Shown one piece after another: positions 49,942 to 60,462 of a DNA stretch of 64,000 bases (positions are counted from its first letter, which is position 1; every line of letters starts with the position of its first letter). Source of the DNA: Aulosira sp. ZfuVER01 (GTDB lineage Bacteria > Cyanobacteriota > Cyanobacteriia > Cyanobacteriales > Nostocaceae); contig JAVRCV020000016.1 in the NCBI GenBank assembly GCA_034530615.2, positions 23,085 to 87,084 of the forward strand. Direction: 5' to 3'. The notes beneath the pieces are model-generated. The model was not told the DNA's origin. It did no database searches and saw nothing but the letters and a program-made list of their open reading frames with translations. The position numbers were made by a program, and so were the translations under genes.

Positions 49942-52900
49942 GTGAAGCGTGACAAAACAGGTAAATTTATCCACAGTTGGGGACAAGAATCGAAACAGGC
50001 GGTTAACCTATCGCTGACCAAGACAGCTTGGCAGAGCCTGAAGCAGGAAGCAAGTAAACGCGGCATTTCCCGTTCGGAACTGGTGGAACGTTTTGCGCGT
50101 AGCTTAGAATCGGGTGCTGCTGACAACTATCTTGGCGAAGGCGACGGCGAAATCGCGGCAGCATTAAATTGCGATCGCACTGATATTGCACAAACCCAAG
50201 CCAATCAAAGCCAATGGTTAGAAGCAGTCATGAATCTGCTACCCATTCCCCTGCTATTTATTGACCCAAAAACAGCTTGCTTCACCTTCTCAAATCAAGC
50301 GGCAAAAGAAATGGCAGGAGGTAAAATTTATAGCGATCGCCCGGCTGGAGTTTATGACACAGATTTTTACTGCACTGACGCTACAGGACAACCGATTCCA
50401 CCCGAACAACTGCCAGCAGTCCGGGTAGCACGAGGCGAAAAAATTCAAGGAGCGGAATTGAATTGGCACACTCCAAATAATGTTTACCCGCTGCTTGTTT
50501 ATGCCGATACCTTGCCTGCAATGCACGATCGCCCGGCAATAGGCGTGATGGTATTTCAAGATATTCGCTTACGCAAGCAAACAGAGTTACAACTGCAACA
50601 AAATCAGCGCTTCATTCAACGAGTTGCCGATGCTACGCCTGGGGTTTTGTACATTTATGACCTAATTGAGCAGCGTAATGTTTATGTCAATCGGCAGATA
50701 GCTGAACTCTTGGATTACAGTCCAACGCAAGTGCAAGCAATGGGCAACGAGTTATTTTCCCAACTACTGCATCCAGATGATTCCACTAGGCTGGCTGCTC
50801 ACATTCAACAGATGCATCAGGCAGAAGATGGAGAGATTATTGAGTGGGAGTATCGGATACAACATAGTAATGGAGAATGGCGCTGGTTTTTGAGCCGGAA
50901 TTTGATATTTAGCCGTACAGATAATGGCTCACCGCAGCAAGTAATAGGAATTTCTCATGATATTACTGACCGCAAACAAGCAGAAGCAGCCCTCCAAGAA
51001 AGTGAAGCCCAGGCGCGAGCCAGGGCTGAGGAATTAGAAGCATTTATGAAAGTGGTTCCAGTTGCAGTTTGGCTTGCCCACGATCCACAGTGCAATCAAG
51101 TAACTGTAAATCCAGCGGCTTATGAGTTCATGCGAGCAACACCTGGTTCAGTTGCTACTGCTACCCCTGCGGATGGCGTGTATCCCTTCAAGTTTAAGAT
51201 ACAACGTAAAGGTCAAGATATCCTACCAGAGGAATTATCTTTGCAAAAAGCCGGAAGAACTGGACAGGAAGTGTGCGAAGAAGCAGAAGTTGTCTTTGAA
51301 GACGGCGTAGTCAAGCATATCTACGGTAAGGCAGTTCCCATCAAAGACGAGCAGGGTAAAGTTCGAGGTGTAGTTGGGGCGTATGTAGATATTAGCGATC
51401 GCAAGCAGCTAGAAGCGGAACTCCGCCGCCAAGAGCAACAATTCAAAACCTTAGCTGAAAATGCCCCAGATATCATCAGTCGAATCGATGCCAATTTTCG
51501 CCACCTCTACGTTAGTCCTGCCGTTGAACCAGCAACGGGAATGCCCAAAGAAGCATTCATTGGCAAAACCAATGCCGATTTAGGTATGCCTGAAGAAACT
51601 TGTACATTTTGGTACGAAAATCTACGTCAGGTTTTTAGCACAGGTCAAAGTCATACTATTGAGTTTAGTTTTCCGAGTCCGAATGGTGTGCGCTGGTATC
51701 AATCGCGTTTGGCACCTGAGTTTGCAGCAGATAACTCAGTAGAATCTGTATTGGCAATTGCCCGTGATGTAACGGAATACAAACAAGTCGAACAGGCGTT
51801 GCGACAAAGTCAGGAGCGCTATCGCTCCTTGGCAGAATCTCTACCACAGCTTGTTTGTATGTCTGATGCCGATGGCATCACCAATTACTGCAATCAAAGT
51901 TGGATTGACTACACTGGACGGACTCTAGAAGAAGCTCTAGCTTACGGATGGCGCCAGGTTTTGCATCCTGACGATCTCTCCTTAGCGCAAAATAAGTGGA
52001 CAGAGGCTTTAGAACAAGGCAATGGCTACACAATTGAGTTTCGGCTGAGAAGGTTTGATGGTGTCTATCGCTGGCATTTGAGTAGAATCGTTCCCATCAA
52101 AGCAGAGAATGGCAGTATCATTAGTTGGTTAGCAACAGCAACCGATATTGACGACCGCAAACGCATTGAGCAACGAGAACGTTTTTTGGCTCTGGCTTCA
52201 CAAACTTTTGCCGCAGCTCGGTTGGATTTGGCAACGATTTTAGACACAATAACTCAACTAATTGGCGAGCTGACTGGTGATACTTGCATCTTGAGTTTGT
52301 TATCTGAAGACAAACAGTCGCTAGAGACTGTTTCCTTCCACAATATCAATTCAGAGGTAAAAGAATTTTTAGGCAAACTGCTAGAGCATCCGCGTTCTAT
52401 TCATGATGGGATCGCAGGAAGAGTGGTACAGACAGGTGAGATGGTTTTCTTACCAGTTATATCGCCAGAAGATCTGCGTAATTCCATTAATCCAGAATAT
52501 TGGTCTTATTTAGAGCGCTTCGGCGTGTATAGTTTGTTAATTATCCCGTTAAAAGTGCAGGAGCAAATCATTGGCACACTAGGTATTTCGCGGGAAAAAC
52601 CGGGAAATCCCTATAGCAACGATTATCCACGGTTATTGCAAGATATAGCAGACCGAGCCGCAATGGCGATCGCTAATGCTCGATTATATAAACAAGCACA
52701 ACAAGCTCGTCAGCAAGCAGAGCAACTGGCTGACCGTACCAGTCGTTTACAATTAGTCACTTCTGCCCTCTCAGAGTCGCTCACACCAGATCAAGTTGCT
52801 GAAGTGATTGTAGAACAGAGCATTTCTGCGCTCAATGCCACTGCCGCTTTGGTAGCACTTGTCTGTGAGAATCGCACCGAATTGGAAATCATCCACTCTG

Positions 52901-54381
52901 TTGGTTTTGAAGCAGATATCGTTAATACATGGCGGCGGATTTCTATGTCTTCATCAAGTCCGCTATCAGATGCTGTGCGTACTGGAAAATCCATTTGGGA
53001 ACAGTCGAAAACACAGCGAGTTGCACGCTATCCTCACCTAGCAGATATCTATGATAGGTATGATTATGCCACTTGGATTTCCTTCCCCCTGATGGTGGAG
53101 GGTCGAGCAGTAGGAGGAATATCCCTTGGCTTTAGGGAATTTTCCTTGCTGAATCAGGATGAGCGCGCATTCATCTTGGCTTTATCTCAGCAAGCGGCGG
53201 GTGCGATCGCTCGTGCCCAACTCTACGAAGCCGAACAACGAGCTAGAGCCGCAGCAGAAGCAGCAAACCGGACAAAAGACGAATTTCTCGCTGTTCTCTC
53301 TCACGAACTGCGAACACCCTTAAATCCAATTCTGGGATGGACTACATTGTTGCGCCAGGGAAACCTAGATGTCAGCAAGACAGCTCTAGCTTTGGAAACT
53401 ATCGAGCGCAATGCTAAGTTACAAGTCCAACTTATAGAAGATTTACTCGATGTTTCGCGGATTTTACAAGGCAAGCTCAGTTTAAATTCTGCTCCAGTTG
53501 ACCTGAAAACAACTATTGCCGCAGCCATTGAAACTGTACGTTTGGCAGCTGAAGCTAAAGGCATTGAAATTCAAGCTAATTTTACATTTAATGTCAGCCA
53601 TGTTTTAGGCGATGCAGGTCGATTGCAGCAAGTTATCTGGAATTTGCTCTCGAATGCAGTCAAGTTCACACCTACGGGGGGTCAAATTGAAATTAAATTA
53701 GAGACAATTGAGACAGATGCCCAAATTCAAGTCATAGACACCGGCAGAGGTATCAATCCAGAGTTCTTGCCTTACGTCTTTGATTATTTCCGTCAAGCTG
53801 ATAGCAGTATTACCAGAACCTTTGGCGGTTTAGGCTTGGGATTGGCGATCGTGCGACACATCGTAGAACTGCATGGGGGAACTGTCAAAGCCGAAAGTCT
53901 TGGAGATAAACAGGGAGCCACCTTCACAGTCAGACTACCACTGCTATTAACACCAACTTCCACAACGGAGGAAGAAGCATTGACACAAGACACGCTGACA
54001 TTGGAGGGAATTGAGGTTTTAGCTGTGGATGACGAAGCAGATAATCTAGAATTAGTTGCTTTCATTCTCGAGACAGCCGGTGCTAACACGATTACTGTAT
54101 CCTCTGCAAAAGAGGTATTGCAGGTACTCAATCAAAAGGTTCCTGACATTTTGCTGGCTGATATTGGAATGCCGCAAATGGATGGCTATACATTGCTACG
54201 AGAGATTAGAGCCTTACCAGCACAACAAGGTGGGCAAATAAGAGCGATCGCTTTGACTGCTTATGCAGGCGAAATGAATAAACAGCAAGCTTTGCAAGCT
54301 GGATTTCAGATGTATCTCTCCAAACCAGTCGATCCAGAAGAGTTGGTTGAGGCGATCGTTCAAGTTCTGAAGCGCGAATAA
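49942..54381 (+). CDS. Multi-PAS/GAF hybrid sensor histidine kinase with N-terminal RHH-like segment
   Basis: Several PAS/PAC, two GAF, LSHELRTPL, NLLSNAVKFT, DTGRG, GGLGLGL, C-terminal receiver (VDDE, DIGMP, KP). Confidence 0.93.
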   Translation: MKRDKTGKFIHSWGQESKQAVNLSLTKTAWQSLKQEASKRGISRSELVERFARSLESGAADNYLGEGDGEIAAALNCDRTDIAQTQANQSQWLEAVMNLLPIPLLFIDPKTACFTFSNQAAKEMAGGKIYSDRPAGVYDTDFYCTDATGQPIPPEQLPAVRVARGEKIQGAELNWHTPNNVYPLLVYADTLPAMHDRPAIGVMVFQDIRLRKQTELQLQQNQRFIQRVADATPGVLYIYDLIEQRNVYVNRQIAELLDYSPTQVQAMGNELFSQLLHPDDSTRLAAHIQQMHQAEDGEIIEWEYRIQHSNGEWRWFLSRNLIFSRTDNGSPQQVIGISHDITDRKQAEAALQESEAQARARAEELEAFMKVVPVAVWLAHDPQCNQVTVNPAAYEFMRATPGSVATATPADGVYPFKFKIQRKGQDILPEELSLQKAGRTGQEVCEEAEVVFEDGVVKHIYGKAVPIKDEQGKVRGVVGAYVDISDRKQLEAELRRQEQQFKTLAENAPDIISRIDANFRHLYVSPAVEPATGMPKEAFIGKTNADLGMPEETCTFWYENLRQVFSTGQSHTIEFSFPSPNGVRWYQSRLAPEFAADNSVESVLAIARDVTEYKQVEQALRQSQERYRSLAESLPQLVCMSDADGITNYCNQSWIDYTGRTLEEALAYGWRQVLHPDDLSLAQNKWTEALEQGNGYTIEFRLRRFDGVYRWHLSRIVPIKAENGSIISWLATATDIDDRKRIEQRERFLALASQTFAAARLDLATILDTITQLIGELTGDTCILSLLSEDKQSLETVSFHNINSEVKEFLGKLLEHPRSIHDGIAGRVVQTGEMVFLPVISPEDLRNSINPEYWSYLERFGVYSLLIIPLKVQEQIIGTLGISREKPGNPYSNDYPRLLQDIADRAAMAIANARLYKQAQQARQQAEQLADRTSRLQLVTSALSESLTPDQVAEVIVEQSISALNATAALVALVCENRTELEIIHSVGFEADIVNTWRRISMSSSSPLSDAVRTGKSIWEQSKTQRVARYPHLADIYDRYDYATWISFPLMVEGRAVGGISLGFREFSLLNQDERAFILALSQQAAGAIARAQLYEAEQRARAAAEAANRTKDEFLAVLSHELRTPLNPILGWTTLLRQGNLDVSKTALALETIERNAKLQVQLIEDLLDVSRILQGKLSLNSAPVDLKTTIAAAIETVRLAAEAKGIEIQANFTFNVSHVLGDAGRLQQVIWNLLSNAVKFTPTGGQIEIKLETIETDAQIQVIDTGRGINPEFLPYVFDYFRQADSSITRTFGGLGLGLAIVRHIVELHGGTVKAESLGDKQGATFTVRLPLLLTPTSTTEEEALTQDTLTLEGIEVLAVDDEADNLELVAFILETAGANTITVSSAKEVLQVLNQKVPDILLADIGMPQMDGYTLLREIRALPAQQGGQIRAIALTAYAGEMNKQQALQAGFQMYLSKPVDPEELVEAIVQVLKRE

Positions 54382-54382
54382 A

Positions 54383-54712
54383 TCAACCAGTTGCAAACTC
54401 AGTCAACTTCCGTTTATAGGGGGCATGAAAACCTAAAACAATATCTTGTTTTGGCACTCCAGCCGCAACTAATTCATTAGCTACACCTATCTCAGTTCCA
54501 TCTCGCTGAATCCAAATCTTGCCATCTTTAATATCAACATGGATGATACAACCGTAAACTCGCCTTAATCCTTCCCATCCCAAATCAATAACTTGATAAT
54601 GGTCGCGTTCTGAATCAAAAATTAGCTGTACTTCTGTAACCTCATTAGCGTCATGAATTGAATGACCTTTGAGGATTGTCTGCACTAATTCACGATAGTC
54701 TATTCTTTCCAT
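54383..54712 (-). CDS. xisI: XisI family protein
   Basis: FDSERDHYQ, HVDIKDGKIWIQRDGTEIGVA, DIVLGFHAP. Confidence 0.92.
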   Translation of the reverse strand: MERIDYRELVQTILKGHSIHDANEVTEVQLIFDSERDHYQVIDLGWEGLRRVYGCIIHVDIKDGKIWIQRDGTEIGVANELVAAGVPKQDIVLGFHAPYKRKLTEFATG

Positions 54713-55116
54713 AGCAAAACCTCTTCTGTAATAGGTTCAAAAATGAGAAGCTTCAGTCTATGTTCAGCAATAATCTCTTGAATAAAAGCACGAATAGAAA
54801 AATCTCGATAAATATCCTCAGAAATTGCCAAGTATAAAAGCCTATCTGGGTCTTTTTTGCGTAATGCCGAACGGTATGTTAATGTCTGACCAAGAGCTAC
54901 ATAAAAATCACTAATTTCTGATGTACCAAGGAAAGATTTGATCTCAACTGCGATTTTATGACCACCTTTTTGAGCACCTATAAGTCTCTCGGCTCCTAAG
55001 TCTATATAAAACTCTATTTCATCCACTTTTACTGATCAAGGGTCATCGGTAATTATCCATCCATCCTTGTCTAAAGCTGAACGAACAGCACGATGAAAAA
55101 TATCTCTAGCTGACAT
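54700..55116 (-). pseudogene. xisH: XisH family gene with internal stop
   Basis: MSARDIFHRAVRSALDKDGWIITDDP*SVKVDEIEFYIDLGAE..KIAVEIKSF; TGA at 55036-55038. Confidence 0.85.
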
Positions 55117-55223
55117 AGTTTGATTATAGATAGACTCCATATCAAGTGTTCCTAGTAGCAGCTAGAAAAGCTGTACCAAAAAACCAGTAGTCTTGCTATA
55201 GTATTTTTGTACTATAAAATAGT

Positions 55224-55994
55224 TTACCAGGGCAAGCGACTTCCATCCCAAGAAAAAAATTGTCCGCTATCGCCTTCTTGAAGTTGTTCGATAACACTCA
55301 GCAATTGGTTAACAGTGCGTTCTATTGAAAATAACTTTTCTGCTGGTACATTTTTCTGGAACGGACGAGAAAGGCGTGTATCAGTTGTCCCTGGATGTAA
55401 TGTTACTACCAAAGTTTTAGGACTACTTCTGCCATACTCAATTGCGGCTGTACGCATAAACATATTCAGCGCAGCTTTGGAAGCACGATAACCATACCAG
55501 CCACCAAGTTGATTATCGCTAATACTACCAATTTTGGCAGAAATAGTAGCAAGCACACTACGTTCTCCATGTTTGAATAATGGTAATAGATGTTTAGCCA
55601 ACAACACAGCACCAATACTATTAATTTGAAAGTAGCGCAGTAAATTTTCTGGATTTATTTGTCTTAAACTTTTTTCTGGTTGCAAAGTATCGTCATGTAG
55701 TAATCCTACACAGTTAACTACCAAATGTAGCTTGGTAACTTGGGTATGTATTTGTTGAATAGCTTCAGCAATTTGCGATTCTTCGGTGATATCTAGTGAC
55801 AAACAAATTAATCGCTCAGGATGTTCGCTGCCAAGGTTAATTAACTCCAAGGCTGAATCTGGTTGACGGTAAGTAGTATAAATTTTGCTAATTCTCTCAT
55901 CTAGCAATAATTTCTTCACGAAACCCAAACCAATGCCTTGGCTTGCTCCCACAATTAACGCATTGACCTGATTAATTTCATCGATAAAAGACAT
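55224..55994 (-). CDS. SDR family oxidoreductase (CsgA-like)
   Basis: GASQGIG, YRASK, LHPGTTDT. Confidence 0.92.
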   Translation of the reverse strand: MSFIDEINQVNALIVGASQGIGLGFVKKLLLDERISKIYTTYRQPDSALELINLGSEHPERLICLSLDITEESQIAEAIQQIHTQVTKLHLVVNCVGLLHDDTLQPEKSLRQINPENLLRYFQINSIGAVLLAKHLLPLFKHGERSVLATISAKIGSISDNQLGGWYGYRASKAALNMFMRTAAIEYGRSSPKTLVVTLHPGTTDTRLSRPFQKNVPAEKLFSIERTVNQLLSVIEQLQEGDSGQFFSWDGSRLPW

Positions 55995-56208
55995 ATAAAC
56001 TTGAACAGGAAACAGGGAAGAACATAAGACTGGGAAACAAAATCATATCAAGAAAAAACCATAGGTTTCAAAGTAGACACAATTTAGATCGAGTTTTTCA
56101 AAAAAATGTACCTCTTTAAATGCGAAAATGTGGGAACCAAAACGCAAAAACGTCGAACCCAGGTTTTTGCTTGTAACCAGATATAGTAATGCGATTTGAT
56201 TCCTAAAA

Positions 56209-57363
56209 TTACAATGATTTTTGCAGCTGAGTTTGCAGTGATTGCTCGCTTTCTATAAGAATACCAGGGTAATCCCGATTAACAACTACTGGTTCTACAG
56301 AGGAAGAACTATTTTGCCACAAAACCCAGCGACTGCCTGAAGCCAAGTTAGAAAGGCTGAGAGGGTTTTGCGTCAACCAAATCAAGGGGTAGTCTTCAGG
56401 AATAGGCGAGTTGGCATCTTCTTGGGCTGTGGTTGCGGCTAAGGCTTCTTGAACTATGCGCTCTCCTTTGATTAAACCTGTGAATGCTGTCCACAGATTT
56501 ACCTGCATATTTTGCCGCTGGGCATAAAAATAGAGGGATGCGGCGGCGATGACGGCTTGTTCAAAGTTTTCCGTTTCCCAGTTAGCTGCACTGTCCAAGG
56601 CAATAATTATCTCCTGTCCACTGGTGACAATTTCTAACTCTCTTACCCGTAATTCCCCGTAGCGGGCGCTAGTACGCCAGTGAACTAGACGGATCGGATC
56701 GCCTAGGCGGTAAGGACGTAGCGATCGCACTAGCCCTGTTGTCTCTGTTTGCTGGGGTCGCCCACGCAGGTGACTGGTATAGCTTTCTTCTTGCCCCATT
56801 TCATCGACTAAGGGGCAGTAAGTCATGGGTAACACACTAGGATAAACAATCGCTGTAGCAGCAGATTCACGCTGACGGCGACACCAAAACAATCCTAAAG
56901 GCGCACCACTGACTAGTTCGACTGTGTGCCAGCGATAGACACCCCGGCGCTGGGTTTGTTGGTAGTATACCCAACGGTAATGGTCGTGAGGAAGAATTGT
57001 TTCGATCGCTTTTTGTACTGGTTTACCCAAAACGAAGGGCAGTATATCTTCGACTTGTAGTAGGCTAACAGACTGCTTTGTCGGATTATGGATTTCTATT
57101 TCTACAGTTAGTTCATCGCCGGCGGTTACAGGCTGGATGGGAAGGCGTTTGACAGTTAAACCGACAAGCGATCGCGGCGGTAAGATAGCTGCTACAGTCA
57201 GCAGGGCAAAACTGACTCCACTAATTACATATAGCCAACCAGCCATCGTGTTAATAGCAGCCCCAAAAAAACAGAGAGCAATTCCTGCTAGTAACCAACC
57301 GCTGTATGCAGGGGCACAAGCGCGGGTTTGTAGCCAGTTAATGGTGGGTGTGATGATTTTCAT
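56209..57363 (-). CDS. DUF58 domain protein
   Basis: N-terminal TMs, LRPYRLGDPIRLVHWRTSAR; start uncertain. Confidence 0.88.
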   Translation of the reverse strand: MKIITPTINWLQTRACAPAYSGWLLAGIALCFFGAAINTMAGWLYVISGVSFALLTVAAILPPRSLVGLTVKRLPIQPVTAGDELTVEIEIHNPTKQSVSLLQVEDILPFVLGKPVQKAIETILPHDHYRWVYYQQTQRRGVYRWHTVELVSGAPLGLFWCRRQRESAATAIVYPSVLPMTYCPLVDEMGQEESYTSHLRGRPQQTETTGLVRSLRPYRLGDPIRLVHWRTSARYGELRVRELEIVTSGQEIIIALDSAANWETENFEQAVIAAASLYFYAQRQNMQVNLWTAFTGLIKGERIVQEALAATTAQEDANSPIPEDYPLIWLTQNPLSLSNLASGSRWVLWQNSSSSVEPVVVNRDYPGILIESEQSLQTQLQKSL

Positions 57364-57612
57364 AATTTCCTTTCTAGCCCAACCATGACTGAAATTCATA
57401 GAAATTCATGGTTTCACTAAAGAATTTATGAAGACCACCTCAAAAATAAAAATATTACCTAAGTAAGTTGTAGATTGAAAACCTAAGTGAGTATACGGTT
57501 GACGCAAACAGAATCAGTTAATCTCTTTGTCTGAGATTAACGGAATTTTTTATGGAATAAAAACTAAGTTTAACCGTTGCTTATAACCCAATATTTGCTA
57601 TAGGAAACACTA

Positions 57613-58821
57613 ATGGACAACGCCCTGACATCCGAGTTTTTTATTCCCCAACTACCACCACCACCACCTCCTCCTCTATATCCATTACAGAAGAAGGTCG
57701 TCTCTATTAAGCAAATGGTAAACGATGCTTATATTCAGCAGGCCTCTGATATTCATATCCGCGTTGGAGAGTTGCCTCGATTTCGGCTTCGCGGTCAGAT
57801 GGAGGTTTACGATTTAGGAGAAGTAGTCACACCTGAAATCTTTGAGACATACTTAAATGAAATCCTTAGCCCAGCTGCAAAACAGCGGTTTGTAGAAACT
57901 AAGGAACTGGATACGGCAATTGTTTATCCTGGGTTTTTACGCTGTCGCGTCAACTGTTTTGAAACCTTAACTGGCGGTGCAATGGTACTGCGGCTAATTA
58001 CCCTGCACGTCCCCAGTATTGATAACTTGGGATTGCCACCTATCCTTAAAAATATTGTTAATAAAAATCAAGGATTAATTTTAGTTACAGGCCCAACAGG
58101 CTCGGGTAAATCTACCACAATAGCGGCAATGATTCGCTATTTGAATGAGACAAAACAAAAACATATCATCACTATTGAAGACCCAATTGAATACGTTCAC
58201 ACCTCCCAAAATTGCTTAATTAGTCAGCGGGAAGTTGGTTTGCATACCCATGATTTTCATGAAGCTTTGCGGTCGGTGCTGCGAGAAGATCCAGATGTAA
58301 TTGTAGTTGGAGAAATGCGCGATCGCATTACTGTTGATACTGCCCTCAAAGCAGCGCAAACTGGTCACTTAGTCTTAGGTACTCTTCACTCTAAAGACAC
58401 AATTGGCGTAGTTAATCGCTTACTCAACCTCTATAGTCCCGATGAGCAAACTGTCATGCGCGTGCAAATTGTTGATTCCCTAGCCGCTGTTATAGCCCAA
58501 CGCTTACTGACCACAACAGATGGTGGTCGTACCGCAGCTATGGAAATTTTGATTAACACGCCTACTATGCAAGATTACTTACTCAAGGGTGAAGACACAG
58601 AAGCATATCAACTGATGGAAATAAGCAGTAAAGAGGGTATGAAAGTGATGAATGATGCCCTTTGCGAATTGATGCTCAGTGGTCAAATTAGTATTGAGGA
58701 TGCTTTCAACAACACGCCAGATATTGGTGATTTGCGTCGCCGTTCGCGCAACGAGGGTATAGACCCCTCTCATTCCACTGGGCGTAATTTTTTCACAAGT
58801 TATAGCTACAGCGCCCGATAG
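57613..58821 (+). CDS. pilT: Type IV pilus retraction ATPase, PilT/PilU family
   Basis: ASDIHI, GPTGSGKST, IEDPIE, LREDPDVIVVGEMRD, TGHLVLGTLH. Confidence 0.9.
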   Translation: MDNALTSEFFIPQLPPPPPPPLYPLQKKVVSIKQMVNDAYIQQASDIHIRVGELPRFRLRGQMEVYDLGEVVTPEIFETYLNEILSPAAKQRFVETKELDTAIVYPGFLRCRVNCFETLTGGAMVLRLITLHVPSIDNLGLPPILKNIVNKNQGLILVTGPTGSGKSTTIAAMIRYLNETKQKHIITIEDPIEYVHTSQNCLISQREVGLHTHDFHEALRSVLREDPDVIVVGEMRDRITVDTALKAAQTGHLVLGTLHSKDTIGVVNRLLNLYSPDEQTVMRVQIVDSLAAVIAQRLLTTTDGGRTAAMEILINTPTMQDYLLKGEDTEAYQLMEISSKEGMKVMNDALCELMLSGQISIEDAFNNTPDIGDLRRRSRNEGIDPSHSTGRNFFTSYSYSAR

Positions 58822-59279
58822 TACCACGTTGCAATCAAAAATAGTAAGTATTTAGGCAGAAGTAATTACACAATGTCATTGCAAAGGTCGCGTAGACGAC
58901 TAAAGGGTGGCTTCGCGCAGGGTAACAATCGCAATAGTTGAAATTGCTTCGCTACCCTGTGGGAACGCTTTTAGCGCTAAGCGAAGCTATGCCGTAGGCT
59001 TTACGCTCGCAATGACTGTAAATATTTTTGCTCATCTACTTATTTGTCATTGCGACCGGAACGCAGTATAGGGAAGCAATCTCATTAATCCCACACTACT
59101 AAATATGAGTTCTTGAATCAATTTGAGATTTTGGAAAACCCGTCCACTGGACTGACTCACCGCTACGCTAAAACCACGCGGTTGGCTCCTCTACTGGAAG
59201 CAAAATTTAACTTTATGTCCCTTCCCACTGAACTCGGTACTCCGAATCAGTGGGAGATATAAAACGACGTATAGGTACT

Positions 59280-60152
59280 TCACGCAACACAAAAAATCGG
59301 GGCAGGTTTTAAACCCACCCCGATTGCTTCTGATATATTCCGCCCAACTGCTGCGGCTACAGGCTTTAAACTATCAACCAAATTCACCATATCTTCTAAA
59401 GATAGTGCTTGACGTGCATCGGAAACAGATTTTTCTGGTTCGGGATGACACTCGATAATTAAGCCATCTGCTCCACAAGCAACAGCAGCCCTAGCCATAG
59501 GCGCTACTAATTCTCGTTTACCTACAGCATGGGATGGGTCTACAATCACAGGTAGATGAGTGATTTGCTTGAGGGCTGCTACAGCTCCTAAATCTAGTAC
59601 GTTGCGGGTGTAATTATCAAAGCTCCGAATGCCTCTTTCGCAAAGTACTACATGAGGATTACCGTGGCTCAAAATATATTCAGCTGCCATAACAAATTCT
59701 TCAATTGTCGCCGCCAAGCCGCGCTTGAGTAGTATTGGCTTGTTGGCTTGTCCTAAGGCTTTGAGCAAGTCGAAGTTTTGCATATTACGGCTACCAATTT
59801 GCAGCATATCAGCATAGGCAGCAACTGTTTCAATTTGGGCAATCGACATCACTTCAGTTACAACTGGGAGATTGTAGCGCGATCGCACTGCCGCCAAAAT
59901 TTCTAGTCCTTCTTCTCCCATGCCTTGGAAAGCGTAAGGAGATGTGCGAGGTTTGTAAACACCGCCACGCAAGGCTTGTACGGGTGCAGCAGCTAAGTTT
60001 TGGGCGACTCTCTCCATTTGCTCTAAGCTTTCGACAGTGCAGGGGCCACCAATAATTACTATTTCTTTTCCCCCAAAGCTGACAGTTGGTGAGAGTTTAA
60101 CGATTGTTTGGTGACTAGGATGAGATTGGCCAGCGAGTTGAGCATTAATCAT
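59280..60152 (-). CDS. aroF: DAHP synthase (type I-beta, catalytic barrel only)
   Basis: [47 protein letters not shown]. Confidence 0.93.
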   Translation of the reverse strand: MINAQLAGQSHPSHQTIVKLSPTVSFGGKEIVIIGGPCTVESLEQMERVAQNLAAAPVQALRGGVYKPRTSPYAFQGMGEEGLEILAAVRSRYNLPVVTEVMSIAQIETVAAYADMLQIGSRNMQNFDLLKALGQANKPILLKRGLAATIEEFVMAAEYILSHGNPHVVLCERGIRSFDNYTRNVLDLGAVAALKQITHLPVIVDPSHAVGKRELVAPMARAAVACGADGLIIECHPEPEKSVSDARQALSLEDMVNLVDSLKPVAAAVGRNISEAIGVGLKPAPIFCVA

Positions 60153-60198
60153 AGTGAGATTCTCCTTGTATTGAGGTTATGAGGGTGAGGTTGATAAC

Positions 60199-60232
60199 AA
60201 AAAAGCCCGGAATCTCATCTTGAGTTCCGGGC
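60199..60232 (-). terminator. Attenuator terminator 2 (aroF-proximal)
   Basis: GCCCGGAACTCAAGATGAGATTCCGGGC followed by TTTTTT on the minus strand. Confidence 0.85.
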
Positions 60233-60260
60233 GCGTTCTAAATCATCGGCATGACGCTAT

Positions 60261-60323
60261 TTACCCGGAACTTGCTCTGGGCCAAAAGTAAAAACCGTAA
60301 AACCAACTACCGAAAGAGCTCAT
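60261..60323 (-). CDS. Leader peptide 2, MSSFGSWFYGFYFWPRASSG
   Basis: AGGAG RBS; 7 aromatic codons within 11 consecutive positions; followed by terminator. Confidence 0.85.
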   Translation of the reverse strand: MSSFGSWFYGFYFWPRASSG

Positions 60324-60340
60324 GACGATGAAATTCTCCT

Positions 60341-60375
60341 AAAAACACAAAAACCGCAGAGTTGGCTCTGCGGTT
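60341..60375 (-). terminator. Attenuator terminator 1
   Basis: AACCGCAGAG-CCAA-CTCTGCGGTT followed by TTTGTGTTTTT on the minus strand. Confidence 0.85.
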
Positions 60376-60405
60376 CACCGGGCGGTTTCCATTAGGAAAC
60401 TGAAT

Positions 60406-60462
60406 TCACCGCCGGTGAACCGCCTTAAACCAAAAATAAAAATAAGATTTGCTGTTGAACAT
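60406..60462 (-). CDS. Leader peptide 1, MFNSKSYFYFWFKAVHRR
   Basis: Six consecutive aromatic codons YFYFWF; followed by antiterminator/terminator sequences. Confidence 0.85.
   Translation of the reverse strand: MFNSKSYFYFWFKAVHRR

Noticed and set aside
54383..55116. Heterocyst fdxN excision element
   Set aside because: No XisF recombinase or interrupted nif/fdxN gene in the window.
59150..59260. Possible IS200/IS605 end and hairpin downstream of aroF
   Set aside because: Only a vague resemblance plus a TCCCACTGA/TCAGTGGGA stem; boundaries cannot be defined.
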